Assembly (NCBI RefSeq): GCF_963506605.1
Contig: NC_083286.1
Location: forward strand, 39,122,001-39,186,000
DNA from: Zootoca vivipara
Taxonomy: Eukaryota
Length of the DNA: 64,000 nt
Direction: 5' to 3'
Shown here: in pieces, positions 1-12,162 of the stretch
How the letters are laid out: the number at the start of each line of letters is the position of its first letter
How positions within the stretch are numbered: the first letter of the stretch is position 1
Program-made: the position numbers and the translations under genes
Notes under the pieces: model-generated
The model's database searches: none
What the model saw: the letters and a program-made list of their open reading frames with translations, nothing else
Told to the model about the DNA's origin: nothing

Positions 1-767
1 AATCCTTTCAAAAAAAGCTGTCTAAGCTGATGGCCATCACTTCTTTTTGCAGCAGAAACCTCCATTTATTAGTTGTGTGTGGTGCATGAATGGGAAGTTT
101 CCAATGGGAAATTTTTCAGCACATATCTGTTGCACATGAGTACATGACTACAGCCCCTCTCAAAATAATGGTGAGCATCCCTTATAGGATCTCCATCTGG
201 AGGGCACCAGCAGGGAGCAAAGTTTGCCTGGGCTTTGGGGAACTATTAATAGCAGATTCCACATTAATCGGCTGCCAGGAATCCTGTAGCAGCCAATATT
301 TTAGTCTCCATACACAGACAGACTAGCTTTAGCTGAAATAAATGCAGTCAAACATCTTGAATAAGATTTGCTATCAGAGGGATTATCCTTCATTGCATTT
401 GCATGCACACTGGAAAAGCTGTCTGTTCTATTCCCATTCCCAGACCTGTTAAATCATTTTGCCCAGAACAGTGGCTAGCTTGAGTATTATTCAGCATGTC
501 TAGAATCATTTACTGCTGTTCTTTGCACTCTGCCTTATACCTTGAATTTTCTATTCAATTCCTTTTCACCTAAAAGTCAGCTCCCTGTTATTCTTAAAAA
601 AGTTTTACAAGGGAATTTTCCTGCTGCTGTCAGTTCCAGTCCAGATGACAATTCCTAGGGAAACTGTGTGCCCATGTTGAATAAGGCAGGGTTCCCTTGG
701 TTTCATGCCCAGAGGGGTAACATTAGCCTGCATACAGTATGCACCATAGGATTCTTTGTGTGTTGGG

Positions 768-1132
768 TAAAAAAAGGTAAAGGTGCCCCTGACCATCAGG
801 TCCAGTCATGTCCGACTCTGGGGTTGCGGCGCTCATCTCGCTCTATAGGCCGAGGGAGCTGGTGTTTGTCCGCAGACAGCTTCCGGGTCATGTGGCCAGC
901 ATGACAAAGCTGCTTCTGGTGAACCAGAGCAGCACAAGGAAATGCCGTTTACCTTCCCACTGGAGCGGTCCCTATTTATCTACTTGCACTTTGACGTGCT
1001 TTCAAACTGCTAGGTTGGCAGGAGCTGGGACCGAGCAACGGGAGCTCACCCTGTTGCAGGGATTCGAACCGCCGACCTTCTGATCAGCAAGCCCTAGACT
1101 CTGTGGTTTAACCCACAGCGCCACCTGGGTCC
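768..1132 (-). mobile_element. Full-length Sauria SINE (Bov-B-mobilised)
   Basis: tRNA-like head (GGTGGCGCTGTGGGTTAAACC...GGTTCGAATCC on minus) and TTTACCTTT tail; TSD TTGTGTGTTGGG at 755-766 and 1133-1144. Confidence 0.92.
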
Positions 1133-1189
1133 TTGTGTGTTGGGGGGGTGCTTTAAATGTATGGCATATAGGTAGCCTTAATCTGTTGG

Positions 1190-1300
1190 TGCAAAGTTAA
1201 CAGTCTCGTGGCACCTTAAAGACGACCTCATTTTATTATGGGGTACTTTTGTGGACTAGAGTCCACTTCATCAGGTGCATGAAGTGTTAACCTGAGTTGC
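1190..1300 (-). mobile_element. Penelope-like element terminal fragment with decayed hammerhead ribozyme
   Basis: Minus strand CTGATGA-A-GTGGAC-tcta-GTCCAC-AAAA (GAAA mutated), followed by the ...TAAGGTGCCAC end typical of reptile Penelope elements. Confidence 0.7.
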
Positions 1301-2727
1301 AGTGGGGGGGGGGCTGTATGTGAGCAGTGCCTCAGTGGGAATTGAAATGCAAAAATTACAGGCAGTGACTGTTCTATCTTATCTACCTACCTACCAATCC
1401 ATCTATTTCCATCTGCCCACCTCTGTTATTTGTAATCTGTCCCTCATCAAGTATCCCACCTTCATAGGAGTCCATGGCTGTTCTTTTGTGTGAAGCTGAG
1501 CTCTAGAAACATTCGTTGGCCGTTGCCTGTGCAAAGGAGTAAATCTGTCCCTTCCCTCGTACTTCAAAGTGTGAATTATGTGCCCATTTAGCTGGAGCAT
1601 GGCCATTTTTGTATGAATGAGCTATACAGCATCAGAAATTGGTTGTGGGGTTGCACCTAATGCATCACGTCGTCCCAATGCTTTCTTTGCAGACGAATAA
1701 GTTTAAACCAAAGGCCACATAAGCCATTTATAAATATGTGAGGAGTGATGGAGAGGACTCTAAAGCATGGCAAAAGATGCCCTTGTCATGACTTCTACGT
1801 TTGTTTTAAATCAGCAGCCAGGACCAGGAGTCCCTTACAAATGTGCTCCTTAAATCATAAATTCCATTTATGATTGAAATGGTGGCAAGGCGGCAAGAGC
1901 ACCATTTGGAGAATAAATGCAAGCCTCCTGTGCAAAATTACTGGCTCTTCTTTTGGTTATTCACTTACAGATCAATGCCTTCAGCCTCATTTTAATGGTA
2001 ATAAGCCAAATGATGTGTTCTGACTTCTCCTGACCCTGGTTTCAATGAATTCATTCTGAAATGCCGTCGCTTTATATCTCTGTGTTTCACTTGAACTGCT
2101 CTTTATTACTCCGCTCCGTTGCTTAGCCTGGATATTCATGAATAAAGGTCCCTGGCTGAGCCTCCATAAAAGTGCTACATACATAGGAAATTGATGAAGA
2201 AGGAGAACTTGCCAGCATACTGGCTTCCTTTCAAGTCTTTGCATGAAGTTAATAAATAAACTAATAAAGGAGGAATGTCACTCAACAGTGTCGTCTGCTT
2301 TCTAATTGGCACTGACAAGGAGGTGTGTACTCCTCCACTCAAGAAAAAAAACAAACTCTTATCACTCTACAAAAGCTTATATTTACTTGGAAAAAAATTT
2401 TCTGTTTCTGTAATGTATCCAATAATTTGTAATTATAAGGATGGAGGATGGTTGAAATGGCATGTAGAGCAATATGCTAATTTTCCCTGTGTGATTTTTA
2501 TGATGCTTTAAATATTTTATTGTAAGCTGCCTGGATAATATACCTGAAGGGTGTAATATAAACTTTAATAGTAACTTTGGTTTAGCACAACACAGCATGG
2601 GAGTGAAAAAAGACCAGGGGAGGGGGGGCAAATGTGGCTGTGAGTTTCCCTCTGAGAACCCACAAATTTACATGGTCTCAGTGAGTCATGCTTTGGCTTA
2701 TTATATTGTGTGAACCAGGCCACTATA

Positions 2728-2982
2728 CAGCCATACCTTCGTTGTGGAACTTAATCCATTCCGGGAGTCCGTCCGACTCCTGGAACTGTTCGAAAACCAA
2801 GGCACGCATGGCTCCCAATTGGCTGCAGGAACTTCCTGCACTCAATCAGAAGCCCCGGAAGCCGCATTGGACGTTCAGCTTCCGAAAAACGTTCGCAAAC
2901 CAGAACACTCACTTCTGGGTTTGCGGTGTTCGGGAGCCAAAATGTCCGAGTACCAAGGCGTTCGAGAACCAATGTACGACTG
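2728..2982. mobile_element. Tc1/mariner (Tigger/pogo-like) MITE
   Basis: TIRs CAGCCATACC/GTACGACTG, TA on both sides; same family as 62943-63129. Confidence 0.85.
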
Positions 2983-3052
2983 TATATTGGAAGGGACCAT
3001 AGTTCAGTGGCCATATATGTGCTCTGCATGCCAAAGTAGGGTGGCCATGTAT

Positions 3053-3981
3053 TGTGTGTCGAGGCTTACCAGAAATTACCTTAAATAACTCACAACTGAC
3101 AACAGAATTATGGTTTGGTTTTTGGCAAATAATTCAGGGCCACAACTTTATTAAATACACCAATTTTAATCCGAGTGTTGGCTTAGGCTTTTGGTTATTC
3201 ACTCATCCTTCCTTAAGAAGGACTATCCCCATCTGTCCATTTTAGGACAGGACTCAATCAGCTGTCCCCTTTGGACAGGACTCACCTCATCTGCCCAGTT
3301 GGGGCAGGACTCACATCAGCTGTCACCATAGGACAGGACTCACCACTGTCCGCTTGGACAGTTCCTGCTCCGACTTCCTGAAGGGAAGTCAAGTAAACAT
3401 ACCTGGGAGAGGAGGTGGCTGAGCTCAGTCATTCCCTCCTCTCTTTACCCAAGAATGTTCCCCAAGGCTCTTACTCTTACAATTGGGCCCACCATCCCCG
3501 CCAATGGCGGGATGGTAAGGACAAGAGCGTAAGCCCCGAGATTCCTTTAACGGAATACTTCTATATGGAGCAAACGGAGGTGAGGGTAGGCATCTGTGTG
3601 CCACCCCCTCTACCAACCGATTAACCAACCAAAAGCCTAACCGCCAACCTAACAAGTTGTGACAATTTGCTAGCGCAGTAGGCGAAAACCAAGAGGCAAA
3701 GCCAATCAGCCAATTGGAAAAATTCCTACTGACCCCTGAATACAGGCGGTCCTGAAGGCAATAGCAATGTCGTGCTAACCTGCAAGAAAAAAGGGCGGGT
3801 GGGAGGGGATTCAAAAGCCAAGGCAAAATGTGATTCTAAAATGGAGGACAGGGCTTTAAAAGGGGGCCCCCCAACCAATTAAATCCCAGGGATTTACATA
3901 CCCACGCCCCCATTACACAGCAAGACCTGTGGCCTAACACTGACCAAACCCTGAGCTAAATTTCCTAGCAGCCCTACCACA
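3053..3981 (-). mobile_element. Putative solo LTR-like element
   Basis: TG...CA ends possible; on minus it has CCAAT boxes, internal tandem repeats and AATAAAGTTGTGGCC near the 3' end (+ TTTATT about 3147). No convincing TSD found. Confidence 0.45.
3233..3361. repeat. Array of five ~28-nt units, each CTGTCC-N4-6-GGACAG, joined by GACTCA-initiated linkers
   Basis: Stems at 3233-3250, 3262-3278, 3291-3307, 3320-3336, 3346-3361. Confidence 0.9.
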
Positions 3982-4580
3982 ATCCGCTTTATATTGTATG
4001 ATATAAAGCGCTTTCTAATTTCCAGGGGACAGACCTGAAAGGAGTTTGAAGGAGTACAACATTTGACAGGCTACCGAGTCCAAGTCCAATTTAAAGATAA
4101 AGAATTATAAGAAGGAAGAGCAGGAGCTCTGATGTCCATCAACAGCCAGGACCCAGATAGCAGACTGAGCAGGTGCATGGGTCACAGTCTCCTCAGCCCT
4201 GGTGAGATGTATTTCTCTTCAGATTATCTAAATATGCAGACCCATGCTCTCTCTTTGGAGGATGCATTTCCCCCTTTTGATGTTGCATCAAAGGATATGA
4301 AAACCTCCCTACATGCTGTAGTTCCAACAAACCTGCCTCCTGTGACATTCAAAAGCAATAGCCACATCACGTCAATATTGGTCCTCAGAGCTGGCATGCA
4401 AATAAGCAGCAAGAGGAAGAAAGGAGCAAGGCCAAGTGGTTCCATGGACTTTATGGCTACCTCTGACACCAGCAAACACTGGCTCAGAGCACCTGATATG
4501 TTCCCTTCAAAAAGTGGAGGCAGAGTCTTTGCTCCAAAGTCTATGCACATTGGGAGATGCCGGCAAAAGACCCTGTAGAT

Positions 4581-5016
4581 CAGTGGTTTTCAACCAGTGT
4601 GCCATGGCACTCTGGGGTGCCTTGAATGGTGGTCAGGTGTGCCGCAGGGAACACTGGCCTCTGTCCCTCTTTCCTTCCCTCCCTCCTCTGATGCCTTCAG
4701 GCTTGCACAGCTGTTTATTGCAGCAGCCCTTGCAATAAGCTCCACAGGTGAATGGTGCCTCTGGGAGTCACCTCTCTTTGGGGTGGGGCAGGGGGGGGGA
4801 GGCAACAGCATCTGCCTGAAGGATTCTCAAGGAAAGGGAGAGGAAAGGAGGCTGAGGGAACACTCCCCAAGGGAGGGTGTTGGAAAAGGGGTAAGGGGCT
4901 GCCAGCTCTGCAGGCAAGGGGTGACATAACTGGGCTCCTGAGCCCCACAGGGGTGCTGCAGAAAGATTGTAGCTGGTTAAGGGAGGAGTGGAGTCAAAAA
5001 AGGTTGAAAAGCTCTG
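4581..5016. mobile_element. Non-autonomous hAT (Charlie-like) DNA transposon
   Basis: TIRs CAGTGGTTTTCAACC/GGTTGAAAAGCTCTG; 8-bp TSD CTGTAGAT/CTGTTGAT. Confidence 0.85.
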
Positions 5017-6111
5017 CTGTTGATAATTAACTATAGTCCAGGATGGAGTCAACTGGCATGGTCTCAATCATAAGGAGGCATAATCTCCCCACACAATCAT
5101 TTCTACCATGTGTCCAGGGCTTGGCTGATCTACCAGGTGGTCCTTGTGGGTAGTCCCGACTCTACTGTGTACCATCTTAACATTGTGAAGCTCACTCAGT
5201 TTACTGCAGTCACAGAATCACAAAAGAGCATTGCCAAAAGTAGTGGGCGTGCGGGGGGAAAGTTTCAGGCACTTCGTGAAGGTTCGAGGTGAAGTCAGAA
5301 ATTCTCCAGCTTGCTTTGGGAGTTAAAACTAAGACTTAAGCCCTCTTTCCCTGATCGGCACACTTGGTATCTATAATAGACTTTTAACAAACATGTTTTC
5401 CCTTAGCCCCAACTCATTTCAAACAACAAAACATACACTCAGTTCTATTGCTTTTGTGATGTAGATTTCAATCATACTCCCGACTACCAAAGCAATCCTC
5501 CTAGGAATGATTTGTCTCATCCCTTTCATCCTTTCAAAGAGCATCTTTTTTTTTTTACTCCCCTTGTACTCTGACTCTAACTAGATCTAAGCCTTGTTCC
5601 TATGAGTGCCACCCCTCTTCCTCAAAGAGCTCCCTTTCCCCCCCTCCTCATCTTTTTTCGAATGCAAAACTGATATTTCAATACAACATGACATTTCAGC
5701 AAATCCTGCTGTACATTTTAGGTGGTCCTGCCAGATTTTTAATGACTCTTTGGCGACAGGTGCAAAGAGGCATTCTTAGATTAGATTGCCTCCGCATTGC
5801 TTCCTCTGTGCTTTGGGCTGAATGCTTTCAGAACTATTTGTTTGGAAGGGATCTCTCATGAGATCATATGCCATTGACAACACTGTTCACCTCCTCCGTA
5901 CACTCTTACAGCGGATACAGGCGCAAAACTGTTAGGCAGTTGCCAGTGAAGGACGATGCTTAATGCTTATACCCTCCACACTTTGAGCCAGGATTAACGT
6001 GTTTAGCTGTATGCCAATGATTCCGAAGCAGGAAATGCTATAAGGAAAAGGGGCAAGTGAAAAGGCAATTACTTAGATTACCGAGAAACCAGAGTTTAAT
6101 ATGAGCCTAGG

Positions 6112-6232
6112 ACAGAGGCGAGGAATTTTTGCACCTTCCAGATATTGGTCCCATCAGCCTCAGAAAGCATGATAATTGACCAGGGATGGTGGGACTTGCA
6201 GTTCAGTAACATCTGGAGAGTTCCCCCCACCT
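6112..6232. mobile_element. Short hAT-type MITE (CCAGATGTT...AACATCTGG family), degraded
   Basis: Similar to copies at 38768, 52953 and 55776. Confidence 0.6.
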
Positions 6233-6853
6233 GACCTGGGATCAGTGGGAGGGATCTGCCTTGAAATCTGCCTTTCACGTTGTTTTCATGGTGTTTTTTG
6301 TTATGTTGTGTATATTGTACACCACCACGATATTTTACGTGAGTTGGCGGTATATCAATGGTTTTACAAATTAAAGTCAGAAATAATGAGTCAGGCTACT
6401 GGGCCATGTAGCTCAGAATTGTCTACACCAGAGGATTGCCAACAGATAGTGTCTGTGGATGTACATGTGCCCAGAAAATCTTTCTAGTGCCTACAGGCTC
6501 CCCTCACATGCACTCCACGAAATGAGGCCTGAAACAAGAATTTTCTCTGGACAGCATAGGTGGCAGAAGAGGGTGCTTGATAGCAATATGTTTAGGGAGG
6601 GGGCATGACAGTTTCTCCAGTTTGCAAATGTGGGGAAGTGGGAGAAGCAACCCCCCTCTCCCTGTAGTCTGACCAGGCTAGTCTTCTTCTTGTTATGTTG
6701 AACTTTCTGGGAGGTAGGAAAGGGTGTTAAATATAATTGTTTGATTGACACTGAAATGGAATATGCCTGTATGTATTTGAATGTGTATTGCTGAGGGTTC
6801 AACATTGGGAAATTCCACTGAGCTATACTGAAGCTAAAAAGAGCTCTCTGAGG

Positions 6854-6943
6854 CATAGCTGTCAACTTTCCCCTTTTCTCACGAGGAATCCTATTTGGAA
6901 TAAGGGAATTTCCCTTTAAAAAAGGGGAAAGTTGATGGCTATG
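6854..6943. mobile_element. 90-bp hAT MITE (CATAGCTG TIR family)
   Basis: TIRs CATAGCTGTCAACTTTCCCCTTTT/AAAAGGGGAAAGTTGATGGCTATG; perfect 8-bp TSD CTCTGAGG. Confidence 0.92.
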
Positions 6944-7419
6944 CTCTGAGGGTATATGGGTTGATAATTAACTGTTGATGTTCTCTGTTAGCTCTCACAT
7001 GTTGTTTTTTAGATCATGTGAGAGGGGTATTCGACTGCAAATCACCATCTTGGAGAGCTGGTCTTTGAGCCTTTCTCTGGAAGCCACAGAGAACTAAGGA
7101 TGTGCTAATGAGTTCTCCCCTGAAGAGAAAACAACTCCAGGCTAACGGAGGCTGTGGAGAGAGAGAGAGAGACCTCTGAGTTATTTTGAATATGAAACCT
7201 GTGCTGGGCATGCACACGATATTATACAACCGTTTGGATGTATCATTATTTTTGTTCTGTTGTTTTGAAGCAAGTTCTGTGAGTAAAGCTTTTGGATCAT
7301 ATTTACGGGTCTGGACAATTTTTATTCCAAGAAGAGTCAGTTTTTATGCATCCTATTGTTTCAAGGTTCATAATATTAATATCTGCAATAGGGGGTGCAA
7401 ACTTTGCATGGCCCTTCAT

Positions 7420-7627
7420 GAAGAAGAGGGCCATAAAAGGCTACTAGCCATTTTTGCTATGTTCTATGTCTGCTGACAGAGCGGTAAGCCTTTGAAATAC
7501 TGGTCACTGGGAATCACTAGTGAGTAGAGTGCTCCTGTGCTCAGATCCTGAATGAGGATTTCCCACAGGCACACAGTGCTGGAGTAGATGGGCCTCTGGC
7601 CTGATCAAGCAGGCTGTTCTTATGTTC
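7420..7627 (+). mobile_element. Old CR1-type LINE/SINE 3' fragment
   Basis: Ends GGCCTGATCAAGCAGGCTGTTCTTATGTTC; related tails near 12545, 15705, 35895, 42810, 43250, 48860 and 53770. Confidence 0.55.
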
Positions 7628-9066
7628 CCTTGCCAGTGAACGGCAGCAAATGTCAATCATTGATTCCCCTCCTACCCCCAGACACATTTAACATCAGAAG
7701 ATATCATTCAAGACTCGCTTGAGCCTTGGAGCCTCGTTTCTTTAATCAAGCATGGAGTGATATCATGCGTAATGATCTTTTTGTTTCTGCTAATGCAATT
7801 AAAAGATACATGCCGCAAAGAGATAGAACACAGCAAATTTCAACACACACAAGTACCTGCACTCCCACACACTCCTACACAAGTTGCAGCTCAGTTTTGG
7901 CAACTGAAAGCAAGCCCAGCTGAAAGATGTTCACGCTGGCTGCTGGCATTGCCCTGCACTGGTATTTAAATGCAGATTATCCTCAAGTAACCTGTGCTTT
8001 GGCCTACAGTACATTCCGATGATGACTCAAGTTAAAATAACCCTACAGGCAAAAGGAACTGGAAATCAATGCATTTACTGGAATTCATGCATAATAGCTT
8101 TAAAAAAGAAGGTTTGATGCATTGGTTGGCTGGTTCTTATTTTCTTGGGTGTCAGAGCAATATGGATGGTGTGAATTTTTCCAAGGCAATAGAGGATATG
8201 AGCAGGGTTCACCCAAACACTTTTTTTGCTTTCAATATGTGGCAATCTGTGCAAAAGAAGAGAGTTTGCCTGAATTGGTAGCTAGCTTGCCTGTGTTTTC
8301 TAAAGACCACATTGATTTGTACCAACAGATTTTGGAGTAGTCATACAAAATATATAATATGAAATACTGTTTCTTTCATTTTGAATGTAATGACAGAAAA
8401 AAAGGAAACAGCTGTTTCCTGGCAGCTGAAAAATTGAGATTTAGTTATTGATTCCCCCAAATAATTTTTATTGATTTTAGACAGTAACAAAAAGCCACTG
8501 AAAAGTAGAGTTTCCATCAACACACAATATAAAATAAAAAATACAAATTCCTTGCAATCTAAAGTAAATATAAAATAAAGAACAACATACAGATCATTAT
8601 AGAAAAAAATAAAATGAAAGGAACAGCTTTATGTATACCCTGATACATTGGGCAGTCGAGACGATGCTTTTTTTATCCACTTTGACAGCAGGTAAGTACA
8701 AAATTTTGTCAGAAGGGAAACATAACATTGGCTTTGCCATATCTTGGAAATGAGACAAAGTAGTGATACACATCTCTCCAAACAGAATCAGTCTTTGAAA
8801 AGGGCTAAAATTGAAAATAAGTGTATCTTGAAGCATTGCTATTTTTTAAAAGGGAAAGTACAGAAGAACCTCCAAATTGGGCTTTTTCCAGAAAATGTCT
8901 AGTAGGCCCAGGTGATGTATCAATACATCATCCAGGACCAGTATGAGAGTCAGACCGTGATGGCTGCTTCCATGCTGCTGTGCGCTGGTGGCAGAGGGAC
9001 TCGGGAGTGGCTGCTGTTCCACCTGCAATATACTGCCAAGTGAAGCTGCCATCGCGGTCTGGCCCT

Positions 9067-9067
9067 C

Positions 9068-9107
<40 letters not shown>

Positions 9108-9249
9108 TTATTATTTATACCCTGCCCATCTGGTTGGGTTTCCCCAGCCACTCTGGGTAGCTTCCAACAGAAGTATTAAAATACAATAATTTATTAAACA
9201 TTAAGAGCTTCCCTAAACAGGGCTGCCTTCAGATGTCCTCTAAATGTCA
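9067..9249 (-). mobile_element. L2-type LINE 3' end with (TAA)n tail
   Basis: CCCATCTGG..CCCCAGCCACTCTGGG..CTTCCCTAAACAGGGCTGCC motif shared with 39047, 57250, 59272 and 62358. Confidence 0.8.
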
Positions 9250-9401
9250 CAGAGGGAGGAACAAGCTACATCGGCCAGGCAGTAGCCAGGACTGTGGTTG
9301 AATTTGACTTCAACATCAGTAGTGGCAGTGTATCCTCCATCCACTACACCTGTGGAAACAAACTAGTTTCTAGGGCAGAGGACAAGCCATAGAGAACTCA
9401 C

Positions 9402-9529
9402 CGTTTTGTCCTCCAACACCTCACTGATGCTCCCCTCCCCAGTACCTTTTGCCTGAGGTTGCTGTCTCACTCTGCCTAATGGTAGGGCTGCCCCTGAAAG
9501 TGAGGCAGTTGCCTCCACCAACTGATTTT
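9402..9529 (-). pseudogene. Candidate exon, 128 nt (ENQLVEATASLSGAALPLGRVRQQPQAKGTGEGSISEVLEDKT)
   Basis: TTTTCATGACTCAG acceptor, ACG|GTGAGT donor, open frame; phase-0 end matches the phase-0 acceptor at 9022. Confidence 0.45.
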
Positions 9530-10232
9530 CTGAGTCATGAAAAATCAGCACATTATTAGCTATTCCCTGAATTATTGTTGCATTTTTCTTGTCAGCGAAT
9601 GAGAGAAGTGTCTGCTTTTTTTTTTTAACAAGTTATTCTTCTGCTTCAGGTGATAACTTGCCTGACCTTGAGCACTCCATACCTTAACTGAAGGGAGGAG
9701 AGCATTTGCTGCTCCTTCTCAAGCAGCAAAATGTCTTGGCGGAGTTTTCCTTCCAGTTCCTTCTTTCTGGCTCTGACTAACATGATCTTCTTGTAATCAG
9801 GGCCCATTGATTCTCCAGAGTCTCTCGCCATTCATTCACTCGTGGCATTTTTACTCCCCCCCTTTCCATCATGTTAAACATGTGGCAGCCACATCTTTGA
9901 GTCCATTTGTAATGAGCTCCAGCTGTGATATCACAGCCTGAGGTGCATGCTGAAGTCAGCACACAAGAGCTTCTCGCCTACTGTTACCAAGTTCGATTTT
10001 TAGTATTCATGGCAAACAGTCAATCCATGATAGAATCTGTGCAAAAAAAAACCCTGTCATGGCCACAACTGCTTCAAAGCATGGCAAAAGCAACTGGTCA
10101 GCAGAGATAGATGCATCAATGTGATGTCTATGCACCAAGAAGGCTGTGGGTGGGGGCATTTTTGTTGAAGAAAAACTGTGCCACTGGTCCTCATCATTCA
10201 ATGGCTAACCTTAAACACACAATGGCAGCATA

Positions 10233-10481
10233 GGAAGAAGGAGAAGGAGAAGAAGAAGAGGAGGAGGAGGAGGAGTTTGTATTTGATATCCCGCTTTATC
10301 ACTAACATTCTCCTTTCCCTTCTCCCCCACAACAAACACTCTGTGAGCTGAGTGGGGCTGAGAGACTTCAAAGAAGTGTGACTAGCCCAAGGTCACCCAG
10401 CAGCTGCATGTGGACAAGCGGAGACGTGAACCCGGTTCACCAGATTACGAGTCTACCGCTCTTAACCACTACACCACGCTG
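10233..10481 (-). mobile_element. tRNA-derived SINE (lacertid POM/Squam2-like; name inferred)
   Basis: Minus head GTGGTGTAGTGGTTAAGAGCGGTAGACTC, (CTC/CTT)n tail; homologous to 34996-35245. Confidence 0.88.
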
Positions 10482-12162
10482 TAACAACCTCCATTCAACA
10501 TTCACAATTGTATGCAAACAATGATAGGCATAGTCTTCCCTTCACACCCTTTCCCGATAGTGTAGTATATTTGGGAGAGGATGTGCTTATGACTGTGGAA
10601 TTGTTTGCTCTAATTCAGTTATTTATTGGGGTTGAGGGTGTTCATTGCCCATGTTCATTGTGCATGTTGGGCCTTTAAAATCTATAAAGCTATTCCCTAC
10701 TACAAAATACATCATGTGTTTTCTGACAGTGTAACAGTTGGTAAACATGGCCAAGAAGGCAGTGAAATGGAAAAGCTTGGCTTCCTAGAAACAGCACCAT
10801 GTTACCAGACCAGCAGAAGGGAATATAGCAGAATTTATAGGCTTTTATTACCAATTTATTGTCCTTTCTATAAGAAATTGGGACTGAAAAGCCACATCAT
10901 TACAATGATGAACTGTGGGGGAGGGTGGGGGAGGGAAAAGAAGGAAAACTGAAAGGTCTCTCAAAGGTAGCATGCCTGGCTATTGAAAATCTATTTTTCA
11001 TTTTAAAAATTCTTAGAAAATGCTCACATCAAGTGGCGCAATATTCAGTGAGCATTAAAATTCATGGCTTGCTGGTTTCTCCACGCAGTGCTCTAGATGA
11101 CAGGGCAGAGAATTCCCAAAGAATCAATAAGTGATATGGGCAGAGAGTCAAGAACTGTTAGTGTCAAAAACAAAAAAAAAGACTTGCGAGCCTATCAGGA
11201 GCTGAAAGATTCAGCTAGGGGGCTGGAGGGGGGTTACACTTTTACATGGGCATTCAAAGCAACATTGTAAATCCAAATTCTCCTTGGGTGAAGAAGGTGT
11301 TGTTTTGCTCCTTGACAATCCCTTATCGGTAACTCAGACCTCACTGCAAAGTCACCCATTACCATAGATTATCAACAGACCGATAAATAAGAGATTTTCA
11401 TCTCTCAAACAGTGAACATATAAGCAGCAAGACTGTGGCAGGGGCAATTGGGGCTTGTCAGTTAACTTGGAGATTTGAGCTGCTACTTCCAGAGTTAATG
11501 TTCAATGCTTCTTTTGGACAGGAAGACAGAGATACATCTATTGTCTTCCACTTGTGATGGTATCTAGAGTTGAATCCCACAGAGGTTTTACTAGGAGGGA
11601 ATGTATTAATATATTCATTAAACTTGTAAGCCAGGGATGGAGCCCAAGCATCTTATGTAAGGGCTAAACTTAGAGCTACCACTAAGCAGTTTCCCCCCAG
11701 TTTCCCTTAGTCAGTGAATGGGGGGTGGGGGTGGGAACTCTACTAAATAAGGGGGGCAGGATATAAAATAAGGGGGAGCAGGCTGATAGGAAAGCAGGCC
11801 TCTCTCCCAAAGATGACTCTTCCTCTTCTTTGGTGATCACTCATAGCCGAGTAAGATTGTCTTCCAAAATGCTGGTCAGAACTAATTATTGTGGCAAAAG
11901 CAATAATTAGTTCCAACCAGTTCCCACTCCTGCCCTATGCCGTGTGTTTAAGTGGTGTGTTCTTGGAAAGTTTCTTGTTTCTAATTTTAGTGTTTATACT
12001 TTGTAATAAGCTGTTAAAGCACTGCTATCTCTCCATAATGGATTCTTAATGATGAGAATGTAAAGGAGGAGAAGGAACCGGCCACTGAAGCTGCACCATG
12101 CTCAGCTCAATGATTGGCCTCCTCCGCCCCCTGATATATATTTTTTTAACATTGGGAGGAGC

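Noticed and set aside
3233-3361. CRISPR-like array or hammerhead tandem
   Set aside because: Variable parts are only 4-6 nt, there are no cas genes and the context is eukaryotic; CTGA..GAGTCC on minus lacks the GAAA core
8685-8697. Perfect plus-strand donor CAG|GTAAGT
   Set aside because: No matching plus-strand acceptor or open exon upstream
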